Shown here in pieces: positions 36,795-45,616 of a stretch of DNA of 60,427 bases. The translations under genes and the position numbers were made by a program. Numbering within the stretch: the first letter of the stretch is position 1; each line of letters starts with the position of its first letter. The notes below the pieces were generated by a model. That model had not been told where the DNA came from. It saw only the letters and a program-made list of their open reading frames with translations, and searched no databases. The DNA lies in contig JAQUUL010000001.1 in assembly GCA_028693895.1 (NCBI GenBank), positions 1 to 60,427 of the forward strand, in the 5' to 3' direction. This DNA comes from Minisyncoccota bacterium (GTDB taxonomy: Bacteria; Patescibacteriota; Minisyncoccia; Minisyncoccales; Minisyncoccaceae).

Positions 36795-37608
36795 TGTTAT
36801 AAAATTAAATGGAGATAAGCAATTATTCTCTGCTAATAAAGTTTATAATTCTGCATTAAGAGCAGGAGCTTCTTTTTCTTTAGCAAAAGAAATATCCTTA
36901 GAAATTGAAAAAGAGATTTATGATGGCATTAAAACATCAGATATATTTAAAAAGATTAAGGAAAAACTTAGAAGTAGAGACATTCAGATTTCAATGAGAT
37001 TTAGTCTTAAGGAAGGAATAAATAAACTTGGACCAGAAGGTTTTTTGTTTGAAGATTTTACAAAAAAAGTATTAAGTAATTACTGTATGAAAATTAAACC
37101 AGGAAAGATTATTGCTGGAAAATGTTCTAAATATGAAATAGATTTTTTAGCCAGTAATAAAGAATACTTTTTTATCGGCGAATGTAAATATAGAAATAGA
37201 AATAATTCAAGAATTGATATTAATGTTCCCTTAAAAAGCTTTGCTATTTTAGAAGATATAAAAGATGGAAATACTTTTAGTAATGAAAACTTAAGGTCTT
37301 TTATTGTAACAAATTCTAAATTTACATTGGAAGCGATAAAGTATTCATTATGTAGGAATATAAAATTATTAGGATGGAAGTATCCTGAAAACAGAGGACT
37401 TGAAAGATTAATTGAAGAAAAAAAACTTTATCCCGTTACTATTCTTCCTTCGTTAACAAAAAACATATTTAGTGTTTTTGAAAAGCAGGGAATATTGCTT
37501 GCCTTAGAGGTTTTAGATATGGATATTTCAAAATTATCAAAAATAATCAATAGGAAGAAATTAGAAAAGATAAGAGAAGAGGCTCAAATTTTAATGAATA
37601 AAAAATAA
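36748..37608 (+). CDS. ATP-cone domain fused to a PD-(D/E)xK restriction-endonuclease-like domain
   Basis: N-terminus VIKLNGDKQLFSANKV....L...G (ATP-cone). C-terminus KYEIDFLA...FFIGECKYR (D...ExK). The true start may be the in-frame TTG at 36781. Confidence 0.65.
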   Translation: MKILKKTLNQDLNKINVIKLNGDKQLFSANKVYNSALRAGASFSLAKEISLEIEKEIYDGIKTSDIFKKIKEKLRSRDIQISMRFSLKEGINKLGPEGFLFEDFTKKVLSNYCMKIKPGKIIAGKCSKYEIDFLASNKEYFFIGECKYRNRNNSRIDINVPLKSFAILEDIKDGNTFSNENLRSFIVTNSKFTLEAIKYSLCRNIKLLGWKYPENRGLERLIEEKKLYPVTILPSLTKNIFSVFEKQGILLALEVLDMDISKLSKIINRKKLEKIREEAQILMNKK

Positions 37609-38663
37609 TGGCATTACAAATAGGAATTGTTGGTTTTCCAAATGTAGGGAAGTCAACATTATTTCAATTAATCACACAAAAACAAGTGGATATAGCTAAT
37701 TATCCTTTCTGCACAATTGACCCTAATGTTGGGGTTACTTGTGTTCCTGATGAAAGGGTAGATAAATTAGCTGAATTAACAAAATCTCTTAAAAAAATAT
37801 ATGCTACGGTTGAGTTTGTAGACATTGCTGGATTGGTTGAGGGAGCTAGTAAAGGAGAAGGACTAGGAAATAAATTCCTTGCAAACATAAGAGAAACTGA
37901 TGCAGTAATTTATGTTTTAAGATGTTTCAAGAATGAAAATGTTATTAAAACAAGAGATGATACAGATATATTGAGAGATAAAGAGATATTAGATATGGAA
38001 ATGATATTAAAGGATATAGAAACCGTTGAAAAAAGAATATCATCTTTAGAAAGAGAAGTAAGAGCAGGAAAGAAAGAAGCTGTAAAAGAAATGGAAACAT
38101 TAAATAAGGTTTATCAAGCATTGAAAGATAGTAAATTAATTTCAGATATTTCTTTAAACGAAGAAGAAATTTATATTGTTAAAAATTATCAATTATTATC
38201 ATCTAAACCAAGATTGTATCTATTAAACGGAGAAGAAAAAGATGTTGATTCAAATGTTTTGAATTTTTTTAGTGATAAGCCACACATTTTTATTGATGTT
38301 TTGACTGAATCAGAAAGTTCATCATTAACTATTGAAGAAAGAAAAGAATTAGGAATAGAGCTTAAAATGGATAAATTAATTAAAAAGGCTTACAAGCTAT
38401 TGGGACTTATTAATTTTTTCACAACTGGTCCTGATGAAACAAGAGCGTGGACGATTAAGAACGGCTTTAAAGCTCCGCAAGCGGGGGGAGTAATTCATAG
38501 TGATTTTGAGGAAACATTTATAAAGGCAGAAGTTATTAATTGGCAAGACTTAATAGATTGTGGTGGATTTGCTAAAGCAAGAGAAAAAGGAATGATTAGA
38601 ACTGAAGGAAAAGATTATGTTGTTAAAGATGGAGATGTTATTGAAATTAAAAGTGGTAAATAA
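37608..38663 (+). CDS. ychF: Ribosome-binding ATPase YchF
   Basis: GIVGFPNVGKSTLF, NYPFCTIDPNVG, DIAGLV.GAS.GEGLGN, and the C-terminal TGS-like motif FFT.GP.E.RAWT. Confidence 0.92.
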   Translation: MALQIGIVGFPNVGKSTLFQLITQKQVDIANYPFCTIDPNVGVTCVPDERVDKLAELTKSLKKIYATVEFVDIAGLVEGASKGEGLGNKFLANIRETDAVIYVLRCFKNENVIKTRDDTDILRDKEILDMEMILKDIETVEKRISSLEREVRAGKKEAVKEMETLNKVYQALKDSKLISDISLNEEEIYIVKNYQLLSSKPRLYLLNGEEKDVDSNVLNFFSDKPHIFIDVLTESESSSLTIEERKELGIELKMDKLIKKAYKLLGLINFFTTGPDETRAWTIKNGFKAPQAGGVIHSDFEETFIKAEVINWQDLIDCGGFAKAREKGMIRTEGKDYVVKDGDVIEIKSGK

Positions 38664-38666
38664 TAT

Positions 38667-39878
38667 ATGAAATACGATGTTGTTATAATTGGAGGAGGTC
38701 CAGCAGGAATGATGGCTGCAATAAGTGCATCTTCTTTAGGAGCAAAAGTAATTATTATAGAAAAAAATGAGAAACTTGGTAATAAGCTTTTGTTAACAGG
38801 AGGGGGAAGATGTAATTTAACATATGTTGCAGAAAATAATAGAGAATTTTCTCAGAAATTTGGCAAGAATGGTAACTTTTTATTATCTCCTTTATCTATT
38901 TTTAATTTTCATAATACTCTTGAATTTTTTGAAAAATTAGAATTAAAAAAAGAGGGGAATAAAATATATCCTCTTAGTGAGAAAGCAAAAGATGTTTTAA
39001 TTTTCTTAATAAATCTTCTTAAAAAAAATAATGTTAAAATATTAACATCTTCTCCAGTTCAAGAAATAATTATTGAGAATAATAAGGTAAAAGGAGTCTT
39101 CTTAGATAATGGAAAAACAGTAGAAGGGAAGTCTTATATCATTTGTACTGGAGGAAAATCGTATCCTAATACAGGATCATCTGGAGATGCTTTTACTTGG
39201 AATATAGGGCATACTATTACAGAATTGAATCCATCATTAACTCCAATTGAAATAAATGAAAAATGGACTAAGTCTCTTCAAGGAATTTCTTTAAGCAATA
39301 TCGGCCTTTCACTTGGAAATAAAAAATATATTGGAGAGATTTTATTTACTCATTTTGGATTGAGCGGACCATTAATTTTAGATATAAGTAAAGAAATTGG
39401 AAAAAATATTAAAAACGAAAAGGTAAAATTATTTTTAGATATTTTTCCTGAGATGACATTAGAAGATCTTAATGATTATTTTTCAAATTCTGTTAATAAA
39501 AACAGATTATTGATAAAATACTTATCAACTATTATTCCTGAAAAATTAGTTCATTTTATCCTCAATTTTAGCAGTATTCCAAAAGCAAGAAGACTTAATA
39601 ATTTAACTAAAGAAGAAAGATTGAGATTAATTAAGACTCTTAAAAAGATAGAATTTAATGTTACTGGGTTATTAGGTTTTGATAAGGCAATGATTACTTC
39701 AGGAGGATTTTCTTTAAAGGAAATTGATTCAAAAAATATGAAATCTAAAATTATTAATAATTTATACTTTGCTGGTGAAGCAATAGACGTTGATGGTCCA
39801 TCTGGCGGTTATAACCTTCAGGTATGTTGGACAACTGGCTATGTTGCTGGCATTAATTCAGTTAAAAACAATGATTAA
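38667..39878 (+). CDS. HI0933/BaiN-like NAD(P)/FAD-dependent oxidoreductase
   Basis: DVVIIGGGPAGMMAA, TGGGRCNLT, C-terminal FAGE..DVDG..GGYNLQ. Confidence 0.8.
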   Translation: MKYDVVIIGGGPAGMMAAISASSLGAKVIIIEKNEKLGNKLLLTGGGRCNLTYVAENNREFSQKFGKNGNFLLSPLSIFNFHNTLEFFEKLELKKEGNKIYPLSEKAKDVLIFLINLLKKNNVKILTSSPVQEIIIENNKVKGVFLDNGKTVEGKSYIICTGGKSYPNTGSSGDAFTWNIGHTITELNPSLTPIEINEKWTKSLQGISLSNIGLSLGNKKYIGEILFTHFGLSGPLILDISKEIGKNIKNEKVKLFLDIFPEMTLEDLNDYFSNSVNKNRLLIKYLSTIIPEKLVHFILNFSSIPKARRLNNLTKEERLRLIKTLKKIEFNVTGLLGFDKAMITSGGFSLKEIDSKNMKSKIINNLYFAGEAIDVDGPSGGYNLQVCWTTGYVAGINSVKNND

Positions 39879-41529
39879 TTATATTTTCTATTTTTTTATT
39901 TTCTTATTGCCAATATTTTCTGTTTTTGGATTTAATACAGCTTATTTAATCTTATTTTCTTTTTTTCTTCTTTTATCTCAAATAATTAAACCACAAAAGA
40001 TAAAATATAGTAATGTTTGTATTATTAGTTTTTTATTCTTACTATTAATATCGCTATCATCTGTTTTTTCAAAGAATCTATTTATAAGTTTTTGGGGTAA
40101 TGGAGGGGAAAGTTTAATTGCTTTTATATCCATATTTATAATATTTTTCTTTGCTCGATTAATTAAAAAAGAAGATATATATAAAATTGTAAATTTTTTA
40201 TTATTTGGAATTTTTATATCTATAGTTTTATTCTTAATAAAAGGAGGAGAGGCTGAGATATTAGCTATTATTATTTCTTTATCATTAATAATTTCTCTTT
40301 GTATTAAGAATAAAAAAATTATTGTTATATCTTCAATACTTTTATTTTCTTTTTTGATTTTTTTAAACATTAAAATAGCTTGGTTTGTTGTTGTTTTAGG
40401 TTCTTTATTTTATATTTGGAAAATGTTTTCTAATTCTGAATATAAAGATAAAAAATTTATTGGAATAATTGCTATTTTTTTGATTTCATTAGCTTTTTTT
40501 AATTTTTCAAATTCATCAAAGATAGATAGTATTCCTTATAAATATAGCCTATCAATTGCTCAAGAAAGTTTATTAGATAATCCTAAGAATTTCTTAATTG
40601 GTTCTGGGTTATCTACATATAATTATCAATTTTCTTTATATAAAGATAAAGAAATTAATTTGATAAATCCATCTATAGTCTTTAATGAAGGCTCTAATAT
40701 GCTTCTTACTTTTATAGTTACAGTAGGGACAATTGGAGTAATTATTTTATTATCATTAATTTTTATTGTTTATCGTAGAGGGTTTGATGATTTCCTAAAA
40801 AAAGATGATTTTATTTTTCCAGCATTATTTTGTACGACTACTTTATTTATTTTTTATAATATCAATTTATTATTAATACTTTTATTTTTTATATTTTTAG
40901 CTTTTTGGGACGAAGAAGGGAAAGAAATTAAATTCAATAGGTTTTTACTTTTGCCGATAATTTTATTATTTATTTTTATTATTTTTGGTCATTATAACTA
41001 TCTAAAAGCTGAAGATTATTACAATAAAGCGATTAACTTTTTTAACAATGAAGAACCATTAATTAAGTCTATAGTTGAAGCAGAGAAAGCAACTCAAAAA
41101 TTTAATTTGAGCGAATACAATATTTTTATATCAAAACTATACTTATTAAAGGCAAGTTCATATTTTGAGGAAAGGTGGGTTACACAAGAAAAGATAAAAG
41201 AGAGAGATGAACTAATTAAAGAAAATGTTTCTCTTTCTGAAAAATATGCGAAAAAAGCAACAGAAATAGATAATAACAATTTTGAAGCTTGGCAAAATTT
41301 AGGATTAATTTATGAGAATATTAATTTTTTCCCTGATGATAAAACAGAAGAAATTTTAATAATATATGATAAAGCAAAGAAATTAGCTCCTCAAAATTAT
41401 GAAATATATTTTGCTATAGGTAGAACTCTTGAAGAAAGTGGAAGAGAAGAAGAAGCGATGATAGAATATAAAAAAGCTTTTGAATTAAACCCTAATAATA
41501 TAAAGGTAATTAAAAAAATTAAAGAATGA
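39871..41529 (+). CDS. O-antigen ligase (Wzy_C)-like polytopic membrane protein with a C-terminal TPR domain
   Basis: About 11 TM segments with a large loop, and C-terminal TPR-like repeats (AWQNLGLIYE..., AIGRTLEESGREEEAMIEYKKAFELNPNN). ATG at 39871 overlaps the upstream stop. Confidence 0.55.
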   Translation: MINYIFYFFIFLLPIFSVFGFNTAYLILFSFFLLLSQIIKPQKIKYSNVCIISFLFLLLISLSSVFSKNLFISFWGNGGESLIAFISIFIIFFFARLIKKEDIYKIVNFLLFGIFISIVLFLIKGGEAEILAIIISLSLIISLCIKNKKIIVISSILLFSFLIFLNIKIAWFVVVLGSLFYIWKMFSNSEYKDKKFIGIIAIFLISLAFFNFSNSSKIDSIPYKYSLSIAQESLLDNPKNFLIGSGLSTYNYQFSLYKDKEINLINPSIVFNEGSNMLLTFIVTVGTIGVIILLSLIFIVYRRGFDDFLKKDDFIFPALFCTTTLFIFYNINLLLILLFFIFLAFWDEEGKEIKFNRFLLLPIILLFIFIIFGHYNYLKAEDYYNKAINFFNNEEPLIKSIVEAEKATQKFNLSEYNIFISKLYLLKASSYFEERWVTQEKIKERDELIKENVSLSEKYAKKATEIDNNNFEAWQNLGLIYENINFFPDDKTEEILIIYDKAKKLAPQNYEIYFAIGRTLEESGREEEAMIEYKKAFELNPNNIKVIKKIKE

Positions 41530-42428
41530 CTATTATTGAAGGATTAAAAAATGAGTTTCCATTAATTAAAGCAGATGTTTCTTTAAGAGAATATAGTACT
41601 TTTAGAATTGGAGGTAACGCAAAATTTTTATTAAAGGTATCTGATAAGAAAGAGCTTAAAAGAATAATAGAAAAAGCTAATAATATCAACCTTCCTTTTT
41701 TAGTCATTGGAGGTGGAAGTAATATTCTTTTTTCAAGTAAAGGATATGATGGAATTATTATTGTTTATAAACAAGATAAATTAATTAATTCAATAGTAAA
41801 TAAAAATAATATAATTAATGTTGATGCAAATATACCTCTTTCAGTTTTAATTTCTGAAACAAAACTTCTTTCTGGTCTTGAATGGGCAGTAGGAATACCT
41901 GGAACATTGGCGGGAGCTATTAATGGAAATGCTGGAGCTTTTGGAGAATCTATTTCTGATATAATAAAAAGTGTTAATGTTTTAGAATTAAAAAAAGGAA
42001 AATTAATTGAAAAAAAATATAATAAAGATGATTGCCATTTTTCTTACAGAAACAGTGTTTTTAAAAATAATAATAACTTAATTATTCTTTCTGCAGAAAT
42101 ACAAATGAATAGTGGTAATAAAGAAGAAATTGAAAAAAGAATTAGAGGAAACTTGAATAAAAGAAGTTTAAAACAACCTAAAGGTTTTTCTGTCGGTTCA
42201 ATTTTTAAAAATGGAAATGATTTTTCTGCTGGTTTATTAATTGAAAAAGCAGGGCTGAAAGGAATGAAAATAGGGGATGCAAAAATATCTGAAGAGCATG
42301 CTAATTTTATAATAAATTTAGGAAATGCTTCTTCAGATGATGTATTAAATTTAATAAAAATTATTAAAAAAGAAGTTAAAGAAAAATTTTCAATTGATCT
42401 CGAGGAAGAAATTAAAATTTTTAATTAA
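41526..42428 (+). CDS. murB: UDP-N-acetylenolpyruvoylglucosamine reductase
   Basis: YSTFRIGG.A, V.GGGSN.L, GLEW..GIPG..GGA..GNAGA.G, FRNP-like C-terminal region. Confidence 0.85.
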   Translation: MTIIEGLKNEFPLIKADVSLREYSTFRIGGNAKFLLKVSDKKELKRIIEKANNINLPFLVIGGGSNILFSSKGYDGIIIVYKQDKLINSIVNKNNIINVDANIPLSVLISETKLLSGLEWAVGIPGTLAGAINGNAGAFGESISDIIKSVNVLELKKGKLIEKKYNKDDCHFSYRNSVFKNNNNLIILSAEIQMNSGNKEEIEKRIRGNLNKRSLKQPKGFSVGSIFKNGNDFSAGLLIEKAGLKGMKIGDAKISEEHANFIINLGNASSDDVLNLIKIIKKEVKEKFSIDLEEEIKIFN

Positions 42429-42529
42429 AAACTATTGACAAATTTTTTAATAAGAGAGAAAATATAAATAGAAATTTGATTTTTGTAATAAGAAAAGGTC
42501 GATTAATTAAGTTTAACTTTTCTAAAAAA

Positions 42530-42715
42530 ATGCCGGTAAAAAAAGCTGCAGTAAAAAAGGCTCCTGCTAAAAAGAAAGTAGCAAAGAAGCCTGTAAAGAA
42601 AGTAGCAAAGAAGCCTGTAAAGAAAGTAGCAAAGAAGCCTGTAAAGAAAGTTGTTGCTAAAAAGAAAGTAGCAAAAAAGGCTCCTGCTAAAAAGAAAGTA
42701 GCAAAAAAGAAATAA
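42530..42715 (+). CDS. Histone H1-like Lys/Ala-rich nucleoid-associated protein
   Basis: MPVKKAAVKKAPAKKKVAKKPVKK...: 61 aa, almost all K/A/V/P. ATG at 42530 preferred over the upstream TTG. Confidence 0.6.
   Translation: MPVKKAAVKKAPAKKKVAKKPVKKVAKKPVKKVAKKPVKKVVAKKKVAKKAPAKKKVAKKK
42578..42649 (+). repeat. Perfect 3 x 24-nt tandem repeat (VAKKPVKK units)
   Basis: gtagcaaagaagcctgtaaagaaa repeated three times without mismatch. Confidence 0.9.
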
Positions 42716-42730
42716 TAATTTTCACTAAAG

Positions 42731-42752
42731 CAACTCTATTTGAGTTGTTTTA
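42731..42752 (+). terminator. Rho-independent terminator after the H1-like gene
   Basis: caactc / tattt / gagttg stem-loop followed by TTTT. Confidence 0.45.
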
Positions 42753-42763
42753 GTTATAAAAAC

Positions 42764-43093
42764 ATGGAAATAAAAATAAAAACAACAAATATAGAAATAA
42801 CAGAGTATTTAAAAAAACTTGTAAACAATAAAGCAAAAAAAATAGATAAATTATTATCAGATTATTCAGGATTAATCCTTGAGGTTGAATTAGATAAAAC
42901 AACAAAACATCATCAGAAAGGAGATATTTTTAGAGCAGAAATGCAAGTACAGGTTCCTAAGGGAAAATTGCTAAGGTCTGTTTCAAAGAAAGAAAATTTT
43001 CGTTCTTCTCTTTCGGAAGCTGAAAAAGATCTAATAATACAAATTAAAAAGTACAAAGATAAGAACTCTCTTGAATTAAGAAGAAAGCTTTGA
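42764..43093 (+). CDS. hpf: Ribosome hibernation promoting factor / RaiA family (short form)
   Basis: MEIKIKTTNIEITEYLK.....K..KL.......EV.L....HHQKG..F.AE..V: typical S30AE fold. ATG at 42764 lies downstream of the terminator. Confidence 0.75.
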   Translation: MEIKIKTTNIEITEYLKKLVNNKAKKIDKLLSDYSGLILEVELDKTTKHHQKGDIFRAEMQVQVPKGKLLRSVSKKENFRSSLSEAEKDLIIQIKKYKDKNSLELRRKL

Positions 43094-43124
43094 CCTTTTT
43101 TATATATTGAGATAGTATGAGTTT

Positions 43125-45539
43125 ATGAATATTATAGATAAAATTTTTGGCAACGCTAATGATAAATATATCAAAAGTTTAGACTCCTTAGTAACTAAAA
43201 TTAATTCCTTTGAAGTTGATTTTGATAAGCTATCAAAGGAGGATATACTTAAAAAAACCTCAGAACTAAAAGAAAGAATAGTAAAAGGAGAATCTTTAGA
43301 TGATATATTGCCAGAAGCTTTTGCGTTAGTAAGGGAGGTTAGTAAAAGAACCCTTAATCAAAGACACTTTGATTGTCAGTTAATTGGAGGAATTACTTTA
43401 CATAAGGGAAGAATTGCTGAAATGAGGACTGGTGAAGGAAAAACATTAACTGCTACATTACCTTTATACTTAAATGCTTTATCAGGGAAAGGTTGTCATT
43501 TAGTTACTGTCAATGATTACCTTTCAAGAAGAGATGCTGTTTGGATGGGACAAATTTATAATGCATTGGGATTAACTGTTTCATGTATAAATCATGATCA
43601 ATCTTTTTTGTATGACCCTGAATACAAGAAAGAAGAAGATGATAAAAAAAGAGATGAACTTGGAGGATTTTTAGTTGTTGAGAATTTTTTAAGACCATGT
43701 ACAAGAAAAGAAGCATATAATGCAGATATTACCTATGGAACAAACAATGAGTTTGGTTTTGATTACTTAAAAGATAATATGGTTTATGAATTAAATAGTA
43801 AATCACAGAGAGGTTTTAATTTTGCAATTATTGATGAGGTAGATTCTATATTAATTGATGAGGCAAGAACTCCTTTAATTATTTCTGCTCCAGACGAAGA
43901 AAGCTCAAAATGGTATATTGAATTTTCAAAAATTATTCCTAAATTAAAAAAGGAAGAAGATTATGAAATAGATGAAAAAATGAGAGCAGTTACATTAACT
44001 GAGGATGGAATTAATAAAGTTGAAAATATATTAGGAATGGGAAATATATATGATGAAAGAGGGTCTAAATATCTTCATCATTTAGAACAAGCCCTTAAAG
44101 CAGAAATACTTTTTAAGAAAGAAAAAGATTATGTTGTTAGGAATGGAGAAGTAATTATAATTGATCAATTTACAGGTAGAATGATGCCCGGAAGAAGATG
44201 GTCAGGAGGGCTTCATCAAGCAATAGAAGCAAAAGAAGGTGTAAGGATTATGCCAGAATCAATAACATTAGCATCAATTACTTTTCAAAATTATTTTAGA
44301 ATGTACTCTAAATTATCAGGAATGACAGGAACTGCAGAAACATCAGCAGAAGAATTTGATAAAGTTTATGGTCTTGAGGTTTCTATTATTCCAACAAATA
44401 AGAAAGCAATAAGAAAAGATTTGAGTGATAAAGTTTACAAAACAGAAGAAGCAAAGTTTAGAGCGGTTGTAGAGGAAATAAAAGAAAAAAATAAAACAGG
44501 ACAGCCAATATTGGTTGGAACAACTTCAATTGATAAGAATGAATATCTAGGAGCCCTTTTATCAAGAGAAGGAATTAAGCATAATATATTAAATGCTAAG
44601 CATCATGAACAAGAGGGTGAAATTATTGCACAGGCAGGAAAAAAGGGAGCGGTAACTATTGCTACTAATATGGCAGGTAGAGGAGTTGATATTTATTTAG
44701 GAGGTTCTCCTTCTACTCCTGAAGAAAACGAAGAAGTTAAAAATCTTGGTGGTTTATGTGTAATTGGAACAGAAAGGCACGAAGCACGAAGAATTGATAA
44801 TCAATTAAGGGGTAGAGCAGGAAGACAAGGGGACCCAGGAGAAACTCAATTTTTTGTTTCATTAGAAGATGATGTAATTAGGATATTTGGAGGAGATAGA
44901 ATTAAAGCAATAATGGAAAGGTTTAATATCGACGAAAACATTCCAATTGAAAATGGATTAATATCTAGAAGTATTGAGTCTGCTCAAAGCAAGATAGAAG
45001 GTTTTAATTTTGACGCAAGAAAACATATTTTAGAATATGATGACGTTTTAAACAAACAAAGAGACATTATTTATTCAAAGAGAAATGAAATATTGCAAAA
45101 AGATAGCTTAAAAGGATTAATACTTCCACTTCTTTCTAAATATGGTTTTACAGAAAGTGATTATGAAAAAAAAGAAAAAGAGGTTGGTAAAGAAAATATG
45201 AATAAAATTGAAAGAATATCTGGAATTAGAGCAATTGATTCTATTTGGATTGAGCACTTAGAAAATATGGAAAGCTTAAAAGATTCTGTAAGATTAAGAG
45301 CTTATGGACAAAGAGACCCTCTTGTGGAATATAAGAAAGAGGGAAAAAAATTGTTTAATGAATTATTACAAAATTGTGAGAAGGTTATGGTAGAAGGCAT
45401 AATGAATGCAACTATTAGTATTAAACCTATTACTAATGCTAATGAGGATAATATTCCAAAGGATAAAATAATAAATAGAAATGATCCATGCCCTTGTGGT
45501 AGTGGAAAAAAATATAAGAAGTGTTGTGGAGCTAAATAA
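43125..45539 (+). CDS. secA: Preprotein translocase ATPase SecA
   Basis: MRTGEGKTL, DEVDSILIDEARTPLIIS, TNMAGRGVDI, and the C-terminal zinc motif CPCGSGKKYKKCCG. Confidence 0.96.
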   Translation: MNIIDKIFGNANDKYIKSLDSLVTKINSFEVDFDKLSKEDILKKTSELKERIVKGESLDDILPEAFALVREVSKRTLNQRHFDCQLIGGITLHKGRIAEMRTGEGKTLTATLPLYLNALSGKGCHLVTVNDYLSRRDAVWMGQIYNALGLTVSCINHDQSFLYDPEYKKEEDDKKRDELGGFLVVENFLRPCTRKEAYNADITYGTNNEFGFDYLKDNMVYELNSKSQRGFNFAIIDEVDSILIDEARTPLIISAPDEESSKWYIEFSKIIPKLKKEEDYEIDEKMRAVTLTEDGINKVENILGMGNIYDERGSKYLHHLEQALKAEILFKKEKDYVVRNGEVIIIDQFTGRMMPGRRWSGGLHQAIEAKEGVRIMPESITLASITFQNYFRMYSKLSGMTGTAETSAEEFDKVYGLEVSIIPTNKKAIRKDLSDKVYKTEEAKFRAVVEEIKEKNKTGQPILVGTTSIDKNEYLGALLSREGIKHNILNAKHHEQEGEIIAQAGKKGAVTIATNMAGRGVDIYLGGSPSTPEENEEVKNLGGLCVIGTERHEARRIDNQLRGRAGRQGDPGETQFFVSLEDDVIRIFGGDRIKAIMERFNIDENIPIENGLISRSIESAQSKIEGFNFDARKHILEYDDVLNKQRDIIYSKRNEILQKDSLKGLILPLLSKYGFTESDYEKKEKEVGKENMNKIERISGIRAIDSIWIEHLENMESLKDSVRLRAYGQRDPLVEYKKEGKKLFNELLQNCEKVMVEGIMNATISIKPITNANEDNIPKDKIINRNDPCPCGSGKKYKKCCGAK

Positions 45540-45541
45540 TT

Positions 45542-45568
45542 TTGACAAAACAGCGCTAATAGTATAAT
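45542..45568 (+). promoter_or_regulatory. Candidate promoter upstream of typA
   Basis: Perfect TTGACA and TATAAT hexamers, but with a short 15-nt spacer. Confidence 0.4.
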
Positions 45569-45616
45569 CTAACTATGTTTAATAAGCATTCTGCTTTTTG
45601 GCAGATTTTTTAAGTT

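Noticed and set aside
39978-40370. 130-aa minus-strand ORF inside the O-antigen-ligase-like gene
   Set aside because: The plus frame gives a continuous, regular series of TM helices. The minus ORF is a Lys/Ile/Asn low-complexity mirror.
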